64,000 bases of DNA. Source: Candidatus Bathyarchaeia archaeon (GTDB lineage: Archaea; Thermoproteota; Bathyarchaeia; Bathyarchaeales; Bathycorpusculaceae). The position numbers were made by a program, and so were the translations under genes. The DNA lies in the NCBI GenBank assembly GCA_038882975.1, contig JAVZNE010000001.1, positions 96,001 through 160,000 on the forward strand, read 5' to 3'. Of the stretch, positions 18,750-28,201 are shown piece by piece (position 1 is the stretch's first letter; every line of letters begins with the position of its first letter). The notes beneath the pieces are model-generated. The model did no database searches. It worked only from the letters and a program-made list of their open reading frames with translations, and was not told the DNA's origin.

Positions 18750-21719
18750 TTACGAAACGCTACCTTCCTCTTCTTCACCAAACGAAACTTGAATAACCCC
18801 CAGCTTCACCAATACAACAATGACGACTACAAGCAACACTGGAATAAGCACAAGCAAAATCGTCAACCAAGGTATCCCTCCAGCCTCAGGAACAACATTA
18901 AAGAAGGCACAGTTCGGCAAGTGAACACTGTTATACCCTACTTTGGCTACATCCACAGTAATGCTCACATTCAAAGTCCTAGTTGTTTTGGGAGCAAGAA
19001 TAGCCAATTCACAATAACCATTAACATCTGTGAACAAAACCATTGGAGTGAAGCCGTCAATGGTGACTGTTACAGTGACGTTTGCGTTAGCAACAGGTCT
19101 ATCACCACATGTGACGTAAACGACAACTCTTGAGAATTCCCCAGGCTTAACAACGGATGGAACCGTATAAACGATAACTGTTAAGTTTCCGGGCTTTGCC
19201 ATAAGCAAAAGCATGTCATGGTTTTCAGCATAGCCATCTTTGCTGGCTGTTGCAGTGATGGCAATCACCATATTATGGGGAATAGCCGTCATGTTGAAGG
19301 TAAATGTTACATTGCCATCATCGTTTGTGAAGGCGGTTAAAGGCGAGAGTCCTGAAACGTTAAAGGATAACGTTACACTGGCGTTAGATATGGGAGCTCC
19401 GTCATACTCCACGTGAACAAACACATTGATTTCCTCTTCGGAAACCGTAACATTGCGGTCTGCGGTTACATGAACAACCAGAACTTTAGGCATAATCCTA
19501 ATAACAGTCCAGTTTGCACCACTAACGTATCCATCCTTTGTTGCATTGGCAATTATATCCGCAGTAATGTTAACAGTTGTTTTTGGCGCTGTGAAAGTGA
19601 ATGTTGCCATACCACTTGAATCGGTCATGACAGACGCTTGATCAAAACTTCCGTAATTAGCGGACAGAGAAACATTGGCATCTGGGACGGGTTCACTCTC
19701 CCAATAGACAAGAACAGATATCTGTGTAGATTCCTCCGATAGAATAGCTTCTGCTCCTCGATAAATTACTACATCAAGTTCCCTAGGTAGCAATTCAACT
19801 ACACACGTATCGAAGCCTTTTGCATACATATCCTTGAAGGCTTCAACTCGTATTGTTAGTGTTGAATACTCATAAACCAAAGGTGCAGTAAACTCAAATA
19901 TGGCTGTTCCATTAATGTCTGTAAGTCCTTCATCAACAAACGAATCGTTCATAAACAACTGCAAGTGGACATCTGCAACAGGCTCTTTGTAAGCATCGGT
20001 TACATTCACTGCCACCATTATTGATTCTTCAGAGAAAAGTTTCTCGCGGTTAGGCTTTAACGCAACATTCAATGGCGGAAGAACCCTTAAATATTTATAG
20101 TCTGAACCATCTGCATATCCATCCATTGAAGCTCTGGCTATAACTCTTAGTTCTGTGACATCTTTAACGTTTGGAGCAAGAAAAGTTATTGTGGAATATC
20201 CCGAGGAATTTGTTGAGCTGGTAAGGTTCGCGAAGAAACCCTTTGCAACCGCGAACAATGTTACATTAGCCGAATCTACTGGGCGGGTGCCGTTCGTAAC
20301 ATAAACTGTGGCCGAAACTGTGGTATTATAGTCAACTATATAGTTGCTAAGGGTTAATTTAACTTCCAATGGTGGAAGATTCACAACTCTTATAATTGTT
20401 GAGGTGACATTGCCTGTCACGTTAAAGTCGTCTCTAACTTGTAAAGTTGCGTTATACTCACCAGTCGAGTTGTATGAATGGAAGAAAATCGATAATGTTG
20501 TCCATCCGCTGGTTATGCCATCTCCAAAGTCGTATAGGTAGTAGTCAACCCGTCCATGCTCGTCAATATCATACGAGTTGGTGCCGACAAATGTAACATT
20601 TTGCCCAAGCGCCACAGTTAATTTATCTGTCCAAAGAACAGCCCTTGGCGGATTATTCTTATAGTCTATTGAGGCGGATAAGAAGAATATGAAGTGTACG
20701 TTAGTTGCACTGCCGTTTATAGGGTTACCTTTGCCCTGGGGGTTAAGCGACTCATGGTAGGGTCCGCTCCAATGACCCCAATAGTTATATGTCGCAGTTA
20801 CGGTGGCGTTGCCAACATCTATACCGCATGTATTATTGCAGATATCGTTGAAGTGAGCCTCGTGGATTCCTCCATTATAGAAAATTCCGGCTTTACTGTT
20901 GTTGTGAATGTAGTTCCATCTTATAATTGTCGTGCTGTTTGCGGAAACGTAAAAGCCATAAACATTTGAGTACGCTTTGTTTCTCTCTATGTTAAAATTC
21001 TCCACGCTATACTCTTCCATACCTAACTTTATCCCGTTCAAGTTATGGGCTACAATGTTTCGTGAAATGTTGATGCTCGAGATGAGATTTCCTGCTAAGG
21101 TTATGCCGTTTTCATTAAATTCGATGGTGTTGACTTCTACCTGGGCATTGCCTCCTAATATATAAATGCCACTTGCGGTATTGTTGTAGATTGAGTTATG
21201 TGCAACAGTTATTGAGCCATTCAATACCACTACCCCGTTTTCAGAGTTTAAGCGTACAATACTTTTTTGAACTGTTAGTTCGCCATTCGCTATTGTTGTG
21301 CCGTTTGCCCCATACTCTATTATGCAGTTCTCCAGCAGTGAAGGAGGTTGACCGGTTCCGTTAAAATAGAGGGTTCTCCAGTCTCCAGGTTCAGGTTCCT
21401 CCTTGTTGGAGGTGAATTTTATTAGCCTATTAAATTCCGATGTCCCTTTTGCAATGAGTCTGCCATTAACGATTATGGAAAAGTTCCCGCCAAATCTTAC
21501 CTCAACGCCCGGTTCAATGGTCAGTGTTACGTTTTCACGGATAGTTACGTTTCCAGAGAGGATGAAGGGGCTGTCAACAAGGGTCCAAACTGTATCCGTT
21601 GTGATTTCTCCCTCAACATAAGTTGCCTTCACAGCTGGAAACATGTTGTTAAACGGGATTATGGTCAAACCGAAAACTATGACAAGGATTAAGGCCAGGA
21701 TTTTCCTTTTGCTCTTCAT
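18750..21719 (-). CDS. Membrane-anchored surface protein: right-handed beta-helix, PKD and repeated Ig-like domains
   Basis: Signal peptide; WTLVDSPFI and TLTIEPGVEV; Asn-rich beta-helix repeats; YDFGDG (PKD); repeated PV.dA.V.L / TD..G.A.F.F.AP units; C-terminal TM. Confidence 0.8.
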   Translation of the reverse strand: MKSKRKILALILVIVFGLTIIPFNNMFPAVKATYVEGEITTDTVWTLVDSPFILSGNVTIRENVTLTIEPGVEVRFGGNFSIIVNGRLIAKGTSEFNRLIKFTSNKEEPEPGDWRTLYFNGTGQPPSLLENCIIEYGANGTTIANGELTVQKSIVRLNSENGVVVLNGSITVAHNSIYNNTASGIYILGGNAQVEVNTIEFNENGITLAGNLISSINISRNIVAHNLNGIKLGMEEYSVENFNIERNKAYSNVYGFYVSANSTTIIRWNYIHNNSKAGIFYNGGIHEAHFNDICNNTCGIDVGNATVTATYNYWGHWSGPYHESLNPQGKGNPINGSATNVHFIFFLSASIDYKNNPPRAVLWTDKLTVALGQNVTFVGTNSYDIDEHGRVDYYLYDFGDGITSGWTTLSIFFHSYNSTGEYNATLQVRDDFNVTGNVTSTIIRVVNLPPLEVKLTLSNYIVDYNTTVSATVYVTNGTRPVDSANVTLFAVAKGFFANLTSSTNSSGYSTITFLAPNVKDVTELRVIARASMDGYADGSDYKYLRVLPPLNVALKPNREKLFSEESIMVAVNVTDAYKEPVADVHLQLFMNDSFVDEGLTDINGTAIFEFTAPLVYEYSTLTIRVEAFKDMYAKGFDTCVVELLPRELDVVIYRGAEAILSEESTQISVLVYWESEPVPDANVSLSANYGSFDQASVMTDSSGMATFTFTAPKTTVNITADIIANATKDGYVSGANWTVIRIMPKVLVVHVTADRNVTVSEEEINVFVHVEYDGAPISNASVTLSFNVSGLSPLTAFTNDDGNVTFTFNMTAIPHNMVIAITATASKDGYAENHDMLLLMAKPGNLTVIVYTVPSVVKPGEFSRVVVYVTCGDRPVANANVTVTVTIDGFTPMVLFTDVNGYCELAILAPKTTRTLNVSITVDVAKVGYNSVHLPNCAFFNVVPEAGGIPWLTILLVLIPVLLVVVIVVLVKLGVIQVSFGEEEEGSVS

Positions 21720-21900
21720 ATGGATGCATCCATATATTGTGGTTAAGCTATCCTTTCGCCAAGGCTTGCTTAAGCATTATGAATTAAAAATAAAACTTGA
21801 AAATCCATCGTGAAAGTCTGTCTTAGAAGTTATTTAAAAGCAAGAGTTTTAACATAGAGAAGGCACATCATTTAGGAAAACATGAAAGCTGGCATAAACT

Positions 21901-22674
21901 TTGAAGGAGTTTAAGGCTATAGCCCTTGAAGGCTTCCCCCTAATAAAACCCGGAGACAACATAGCTAAGATAATTGTTGAAACTGCAGAGGGAAATGGCT
22001 TAGAAATTGAGGATGGAGACATAATCGTTATTGCTCAAAAAATTTTTTCGAAAGCTGAGGGAAGAATAGTTAACCTCAAAGAAGTTGTCCCATCCGAAAA
22101 GGCCAGGAAAATCGCCAGAAAAACGGGTAAAAGCCCGAAGTTTGTGGAGCTTGTCTTGAGGGAAACAAAGGAGGTCATAAAGGCCTCCAGCGAAATATTA
22201 CTTGTTGAAGATGCCAGAGATATAGTTTGCATAAATGCTGGAATAGACAAGTCAAACATTGAAGGCGAAAGCAACTTTGCACTTCTCCCCGAAGACCCAG
22301 ACGCCTCAGCGGAAAAATGTCGAAAAGAAATAAAAAAGTTGACTGGGAAAAATGTGGCGGTAATAATATGTGATACTTATAGCCGACCTTTCAGGCGTGG
22401 ACAAGTAAACTTTGCCATAGGCTTGGCTGGAATAAAACCTTTCAAAGACTATAGGGGCAAAAGGGACCTCTACGGTTACATGTTGAAAGTTAAGAATGTA
22501 GCCGTTGTCGATGAAATCGCCGCTGCAGCGGAACCCCTCATGGGACAGGGCGAGGAAGCAACGCCTGTGGTGATTTTTAAGGGATTAAGGGGCTTTGTGG
22601 AATTCTGCGAAAAATCAAGCGCAAAGGAGCTGAAAATAGGAAAGGACGAGGACCTGTTTAGAGGGGCTTTGTAA
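21901..22674 (+). CDS. cofE: Coenzyme F420-0:L-glutamate ligase (second paralog)
   Basis: PLIKPGDN, KIFSKAEG, CINAGIDKSN, LLPEDPDASA, DTYSRPFRRG and DEIAAAA motifs. Confidence 0.92.
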   Translation: MKEFKAIALEGFPLIKPGDNIAKIIVETAEGNGLEIEDGDIIVIAQKIFSKAEGRIVNLKEVVPSEKARKIARKTGKSPKFVELVLRETKEVIKASSEILLVEDARDIVCINAGIDKSNIEGESNFALLPEDPDASAEKCRKEIKKLTGKNVAVIICDTYSRPFRRGQVNFAIGLAGIKPFKDYRGKRDLYGYMLKVKNVAVVDEIAAAAEPLMGQGEEATPVVIFKGLRGFVEFCEKSSAKELKIGKDEDLFRGAL

Positions 22675-22685
22675 CGCCCTTATTT

Positions 22686-23324
22686 TCACCACTTCATGAG
22701 GAGGAATGGGTTATTCCGCTTTTCCTCCCCAATTGTTGTTGTTGGACCATGCCCGGGATAAACCTTAAAATCGTCAGGCAAGCTTGCCAGCTTCTTTAAT
22801 GATTCTTTCATGTCTGATTCTGAGCTTTGTGGGAGGTCTGTCCTTCCAATGGAGCCGGCAAATAAGGTGTCACCAGTGAACACTTCATTTTCGCCTATTA
22901 GGGATATGCTTCCGGGACTGTGCCCAGGCGTGTGCATAACTTTTAGGGCTATTTCGCCGAACTTCACGTGATCTCCGTCTTTTAGGGTTGTGTCTGCTGA
23001 TGGCGAAGAACTGTTAAAGCCGAAGAATTTTGCGATCACCTTGCCAAGGGTTCCGAGCATGAAGGCATCCTTCTCATGAACCAAAATGGGTGTTTGAAAC
23101 TTTCTTTTAATTATTCCGTTCCCGCATATGTGGTCTGGGTGACCGTGAGTATTCACAACAAATTTTAGCTTTAAGGCGTTTTCCTCGATAAACTTGAATA
23201 TTTTCTCGGCTTCGGATGTGTTATCAAATCCCGGGTCGATGATTATGGCTTCTTTGGATTCTTGGCATGCCAAAATGTAACAGTTTGTGAAGAGCCTGCC
23301 AACAGTGAACATTTGGATTATCAT
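22686..23324 (-). CDS. MBL-fold hydrolase (glyoxalase II-like)
   Basis: NCYIL, IIDPG, THGHPDH, TPGHSPG, TGDTLF and YPGHG motifs. Start trimmed to ATG 23324. Confidence 0.9.
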   Translation of the reverse strand: MIIQMFTVGRLFTNCYILACQESKEAIIIDPGFDNTSEAEKIFKFIEENALKLKFVVNTHGHPDHICGNGIIKRKFQTPILVHEKDAFMLGTLGKVIAKFFGFNSSSPSADTTLKDGDHVKFGEIALKVMHTPGHSPGSISLIGENEVFTGDTLFAGSIGRTDLPQSSESDMKESLKKLASLPDDFKVYPGHGPTTTIGEEKRNNPFLLMKW

Positions 23325-23421
23325 TTCTGAACAGCCTTTTGAAAGGCATTTCATCTAATAAACTTTGTTGGGTTCGTGTCTGCGGAGAATATTCCAGTTC
23401 TGATAGTAACTCATAAATTCG

Positions 23422-23664
23422 ATGGCGCACACATTTATTTTGGAGATTGGAGAAGCCTTGAAGTTAGATGAAATCTTAGCCGTGGCAAGCAAGTTTAATG
23501 TATGTCCAAAATGTAATTCTAGGGAAGGTTTTTGGCTTGGGATAAGGCGCAACCATGCTTATGTCCAATGCAAGGGTTGTGGAGCGAACTTTGAGCTTTT
23601 TGAGGTTTTCGCCGTAGGCGAGAGGGGAGAAGCGCCTAAACATTTGAAATTTTTTAGGAAATGA
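23422..23664 (+). CDS. Small zinc-ribbon protein
   Basis: CPKC...CKGC. The true start may be TTG 23458. Confidence 0.65.
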   Translation: MAHTFILEIGEALKLDEILAVASKFNVCPKCNSREGFWLGIRRNHAYVQCKGCGANFELFEVFAVGERGEAPKHLKFFRK

Positions 23665-23791
23665 AATGTGAAGTGTTGGATTAAATTTTTGTTCTGATGT
23701 CTTTCTTGGTTTTTATTCTAATTCTGAGTCAGAACCTCTAAAAAATTTTTAATAAACGTGCCAACCTCTCCATACGTGACCCAAAAGAGGA

Positions 23792-26700
23792 ATGAAAATG
23801 GAAAAAAGGAAAAAGCTATTTGCGTTATTGGCAACAATAATAATTGCAACAGCAGCCCTTACGCCAATGCTTTTTGTAACTGTAATAGCCGCAGACCCGA
23901 CAAGTTGGTACACCAAAGTTAATGGTGTTTTGACAAGCGACTACTATTCATTGTATCCGTTTACAACTAAGAGCATAGACTTTGGGCTTTCGAAGTTTGG
24001 CGAAATGATAGACTACCCGGTTACAACAGGCGTGGGTGTCGGTCTACAATATCCTGGTTATGACAGTGTTGGAACGTACGACCAGAAAGCTGGGACGTCT
24101 AGAGACCCCTTCGCCAATGAATATATTGATCCTAAGCTTTGGCTGAACGGTTGGCTTATTGACATTAAGTACACCCATAGAACTTATAGGGATAGGCGGG
24201 TTCTTGCAATGGCAATGTTCGCCGACATGGCCGCCTACGGAGGAGACTGGCTGGTTGGTCACCCATACCCGTTTAATTTGGCGCCTCATGGCGGGAGGAA
24301 GACAACAGGCTACGCCTACACAGAACCATTAACAGTGTTATATAATGGGCCTAGGCGTTATGTAGCCCTTTCAGTAACTCATCTCTACGACTGGTTTGAC
24401 AGCGACCAAGATAATGTTGTTGATCATCCAGATGAAACATGGCCAATCGTTGATGTTGTATTGACCTTCATTTTTGAGAAGGTTAAGAAGCAGGTTATAA
24501 TCTTCAAAGATATTAAGCAAGTGATTACTGGCAAGGAACTTGAATCTCCGCTTGACATACAGTTCAGCAACAGAGAAGAGTGGGACCTTGGCCCGCCGCC
24601 AGGCTACGGAAGCTACGCCCACTTCTTCCATCAAGAGCTTACAACGTGTTATGGCTCTGAATGGCATCTTGCACCCGGTATAATGCGAGAATGGATAGAG
24701 GATGGCTATGCCCTAGACGAGGTTCCAGTGGAGAAGGACGGTTATGGTGGTCCAATAGTTGCAGGTTCTGTGCGGGTTTATGTGAATGGGGTCTTCAAGG
24801 AGGAAGGAACCCACTACAACATCAACTATACTACTGGCGAGATTACTTGGCATATATCTATACGCCAAACAGATTGGGTTACCGTTGTATACAAGCTATG
24901 GAAATATGAGGATGGAACACGTTTAACTGGTGTTCCCCACTATTATGATGTTGCCCAGATAATTAGCAGCGACCTAAAATATGTGGGTTGGAAAGCCTTT
25001 TGGCCGACTCTTTCTGACTACAGCGTTGATGCGTGGGACAAATCGCTTCAGCCTCTAATATGGGTTGATGATGAGGACATGGTACCAGCTACAAGCGAGC
25101 CTGACATACCTTTCGTTGTCGGCGAATGGGACTTCATGCTAGGAAAAGGCTACCCATCCCAGTTCAGAGGAGTCGAAGTGGTAGGCTTAACAGACTATCA
25201 TGACGCAGACGACCCACAACTAGGCGGCGAAGCGTTGCTTGACATTGAAGTCAAATACCAATTAGAGGAAGTTTTTAATCCGTGGAGTCTGGTGGATGCC
25301 GTTGAAAAGTATACTGAACGCTGGGTCCAATTCTATACGGTGAAAGCAGCGGATGTAGGTAAAGACCTAAACATAATATTGGAGCATAAGCCAGTGTTAA
25401 AAGCAACACCATGGGAAGAATACTGCAGCTTCAGTGAAAGGGTCCTATGGGGAGGAGCCCTCAAGATTCCAATACGTGCAGTAGCCACAACATACCACTA
25501 CGAACTATACGTGGACGAAAATGGAACAGGCAGAATATACATACCAGCCAGCAAAGTGCCGCCAGCGGGAACGGAAATCAAAATACTCTATTCCACCCAG
25601 ACTTGGTGGTTTGGTCCAGCACAAGTTGTTTTGTACAGAGGAACTTTCACAAACGAACCTCTAAGAGCAGGCCCAATAACATTGTTGGATGAAGAGGACA
25701 TAAGCAAGGTTATCGGACCAGACGGTTTAGGCGCTAAATGGAGCTTCCTCATCGAAAACTTGACAGTAACGGTGGCAAACGAAACTGACAGCGCTGAAAG
25801 TGGAATGCTTGATGTGGAAATACCGACAGGTCCATACGTAAACTTTAAAGTGTTTAAGAATCAAACCGCTTATCTCATAGGATTAAACTACAAACATGAA
25901 TTTGCAAACCAAACAGCACCAACAGGCTTATGGATAAATGCAACCATTGACGCCATAGGTTACGACGTTACCGCACCACCGCTGAAAGATCTCCACGTGT
26001 TTGTCTTCAAGCCGACAATACATATAAGCATAACAGCCACAACCAATGGAACCCACTGCAACGCAACCATAACAGTAACTGTTGAGGATCCACAAATTGT
26101 GGGAGAAGACCAGCTGCCAATATACATAGAATATGTTGGAGGACGCTACGAGTGGGTAACTGTTGGAAGAGACGCCCACTCAGCCGACTCGATAGGCGCC
26201 TCACTCGTTTCAGCGGCCTTCAAGAATAAACAGGTGGAGATTGGAAATGCAGGCTTCGACATGATGTTCCAGGAATATGCCCTAACAAGCATACCATACC
26301 TCCTACACAAGTTTAGCGGAACAGGGACAGGATGGCCGCCCAACTACAAGGACAGCATCTACAGAATAGCCTTAAGAGACGACTGGTGCCACACATGGCC
26401 AATAGCCAGCTCTAATGTAATTGGGGTTGGAGGCCCACTAGCAAACCATATAGCTGAATACTTCAACGACTTCACAGACGCCTTCTACGGACTCAACACA
26501 GTGGAAGCTCCCTTCACACCATATGCTCCATGGGTTAACAAAATAATCGCACTATCATGCTGGAGCAAAGACACGTACAGCGGCAACGCAACTGTTGGCT
26601 ACGCGGTCATCGCCACATACAAAGATATAAACGGAACAGTTGGCTTCCTAGTCTGGGGAATCAGCGCTAGAGACACCTTCTACGCCTCAAAGTTCTTCCA

Positions 26701-26872
26701 CGAAGAAATCATCTACGAACTGCAAAGATTCCCACCGTGCGCAACATCAATAATAATAAGGATAGACTACACAGACCCAGAACACCCAACATGGACAATA
26801 CCAGAAGTTCTAGGAACAATAAGCGAAACAACAGTAGAACGTGTTAAAGGCGGAATCCACCCAGACCCATAA
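23792..26872 (+). CDS. Probable S-layer / major cell-surface glycoprotein
   Basis: Signal peptide, 1026 aa, N-glycosylation sequons, and NVIGVGGPLAN near the C-terminus resembling the S-layer C-terminal GGPxAN motif. Followed by glycosylation genes. Confidence 0.65.
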   Translation: MKMEKRKKLFALLATIIIATAALTPMLFVTVIAADPTSWYTKVNGVLTSDYYSLYPFTTKSIDFGLSKFGEMIDYPVTTGVGVGLQYPGYDSVGTYDQKAGTSRDPFANEYIDPKLWLNGWLIDIKYTHRTYRDRRVLAMAMFADMAAYGGDWLVGHPYPFNLAPHGGRKTTGYAYTEPLTVLYNGPRRYVALSVTHLYDWFDSDQDNVVDHPDETWPIVDVVLTFIFEKVKKQVIIFKDIKQVITGKELESPLDIQFSNREEWDLGPPPGYGSYAHFFHQELTTCYGSEWHLAPGIMREWIEDGYALDEVPVEKDGYGGPIVAGSVRVYVNGVFKEEGTHYNINYTTGEITWHISIRQTDWVTVVYKLWKYEDGTRLTGVPHYYDVAQIISSDLKYVGWKAFWPTLSDYSVDAWDKSLQPLIWVDDEDMVPATSEPDIPFVVGEWDFMLGKGYPSQFRGVEVVGLTDYHDADDPQLGGEALLDIEVKYQLEEVFNPWSLVDAVEKYTERWVQFYTVKAADVGKDLNIILEHKPVLKATPWEEYCSFSERVLWGGALKIPIRAVATTYHYELYVDENGTGRIYIPASKVPPAGTEIKILYSTQTWWFGPAQVVLYRGTFTNEPLRAGPITLLDEEDISKVIGPDGLGAKWSFLIENLTVTVANETDSAESGMLDVEIPTGPYVNFKVFKNQTAYLIGLNYKHEFANQTAPTGLWINATIDAIGYDVTAPPLKDLHVFVFKPTIHISITATTNGTHCNATITVTVEDPQIVGEDQLPIYIEYVGGRYEWVTVGRDAHSADSIGASLVSAAFKNKQVEIGNAGFDMMFQEYALTSIPYLLHKFSGTGTGWPPNYKDSIYRIALRDDWCHTWPIASSNVIGVGGPLANHIAEYFNDFTDAFYGLNTVEAPFTPYAPWVNKIIALSCWSKDTYSGNATVGYAVIATYKDINGTVGFLVWGISARDTFYASKFFHEEIIYELQRFPPCATSIIIRIDYTDPEHPTWTIPEVLGTISETTVERVKGGIHPDP

Positions 26873-26878
26873 ACACGC

Positions 26879-26910
26879 ATATCCCCCCTTTTCTTTACCT
26901 TCATTTTCTC
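26879..26910 (+). terminator. Pyrimidine/T-rich putative terminator after the S-layer-like gene
   Basis: ATATCCCCCCTTTTCTTTACCTTCATTTTCTC just after the stop codon, between convergent genes. Confidence 0.4.
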
Positions 26911-26956
26911 CGAAAAATCTCGTAAACATTGGCAAAACGAGTTTTGGTGTTTCGTT

Positions 26957-28129
26957 TTAAGCCTCCGACAACAATTCTCTATAAACTTTTAGGAGCCTTT
27001 CAATAACTTTTTCCCAAGAACAAAACATTTCTATAAATCTTCTACCACGCAAACCAGCCTCAATAAGAAAGTCCGGGTCTCTCAGAGCCGTACACAAAAA
27101 TTCTGCAGCTTTTTCCACATCTGTAGGCAAGAGCAAGCCGAAACGCCTCCTCGCCTCCAAGTAACTTCTGATGTAAGGGTTGAAACTTGCAACAACCGCC
27201 TCGCATGCAAGAGCCTCTTTTAAGGCGCCACCCCAAAGGGGGTTTAAATCCAACATGGATGTAGGGGCGAATGCCAAGACACATTTTGAATAGAGGTTTG
27301 GCAGCAAGTGGTGCGGAACAAAACCAAGAAACTCAACATTTCTTTCAAGACCTAAACTTTTAGAAAAACTTTTCAATGCATCAAGTGCCGGTCCATCTCC
27401 AACCATTAAAACTTTAAAGTCGCCCCCATACTTTCTTTTAAGCCTCTGAACAACCTCCAGGATAAGCCATGGATTCTGCTCCTTCAAAGTTCTAGGCCTA
27501 AAAGTCATTCTACCAGCATAAATTAGATGTGGAACCTTAGCCTTCCTGCCAACTCTGCGGAACAGGGAGGTGTCAACTCCCACATTTGGAAATTTTAGAA
27601 TTTTGCTGCGGCTAACATGCAGTTTTTCCAGCCAGTAAATCTCCTCGTCTGGCGCCACAAGAAACTTGTCAACAACACCAAAAAATGGTCTATGAATGTG
27701 TTTTCCAAGGATTTGGAGTTCAGACTCCCCATGATATTGGGCGACAAGCCTCCACCCGCATTGGCGGCGACACTTAGCAAATACCATTGGCGCAAAGGAC
27801 CAAAAGTAATAGTTGTGAAAATGAACTATGTCAAAATCGCCCACTACAAGTTCTTTTATTATCCCAAAATTATGAGAGCTACCTATAGGAACTAGTGGTG
27901 GAAACCTAAACTTAACAGGAAAAGCCTTAAGCACATAGTCGCCTAAACAAAACTCTTTTGTCTCCCTCAAGTCTTGGTGGAACGTGTAAAGGACAACATT
28001 GTTGCCTCTGCGGCCAACCCTTTCAGCATAATCCTTAGAGAAATGGTAGCGTTGAAAGACAAAGTCTTCTAGACGCCAGCCGCTGAACTTTTGGTCGTGG
28101 AGCAGCAGGTAGGCAATATTCAATTTCAT
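26957..28129 (-). CDS. Glycosyltransferase family 4
   Basis: GVDTSLF, YAGR, VGDGP, FLGFVP and EALAC motifs (GT-B fold). Confidence 0.88.
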   Translation of the reverse strand: MKLNIAYLLLHDQKFSGWRLEDFVFQRYHFSKDYAERVGRRGNNVVLYTFHQDLRETKEFCLGDYVLKAFPVKFRFPPLVPIGSSHNFGIIKELVVGDFDIVHFHNYYFWSFAPMVFAKCRRQCGWRLVAQYHGESELQILGKHIHRPFFGVVDKFLVAPDEEIYWLEKLHVSRSKILKFPNVGVDTSLFRRVGRKAKVPHLIYAGRMTFRPRTLKEQNPWLILEVVQRLKRKYGGDFKVLMVGDGPALDALKSFSKSLGLERNVEFLGFVPHHLLPNLYSKCVLAFAPTSMLDLNPLWGGALKEALACEAVVASFNPYIRSYLEARRRFGLLLPTDVEKAAEFLCTALRDPDFLIEAGLRGRRFIEMFCSWEKVIERLLKVYRELLSEA

Positions 28130-28201
28130 ACATTAACCATATAAAGGGGTGGCTCTTGGCAAATAAAAATTGAACCTCAAAAACCGAACAAGTGCACAGC
28201 C

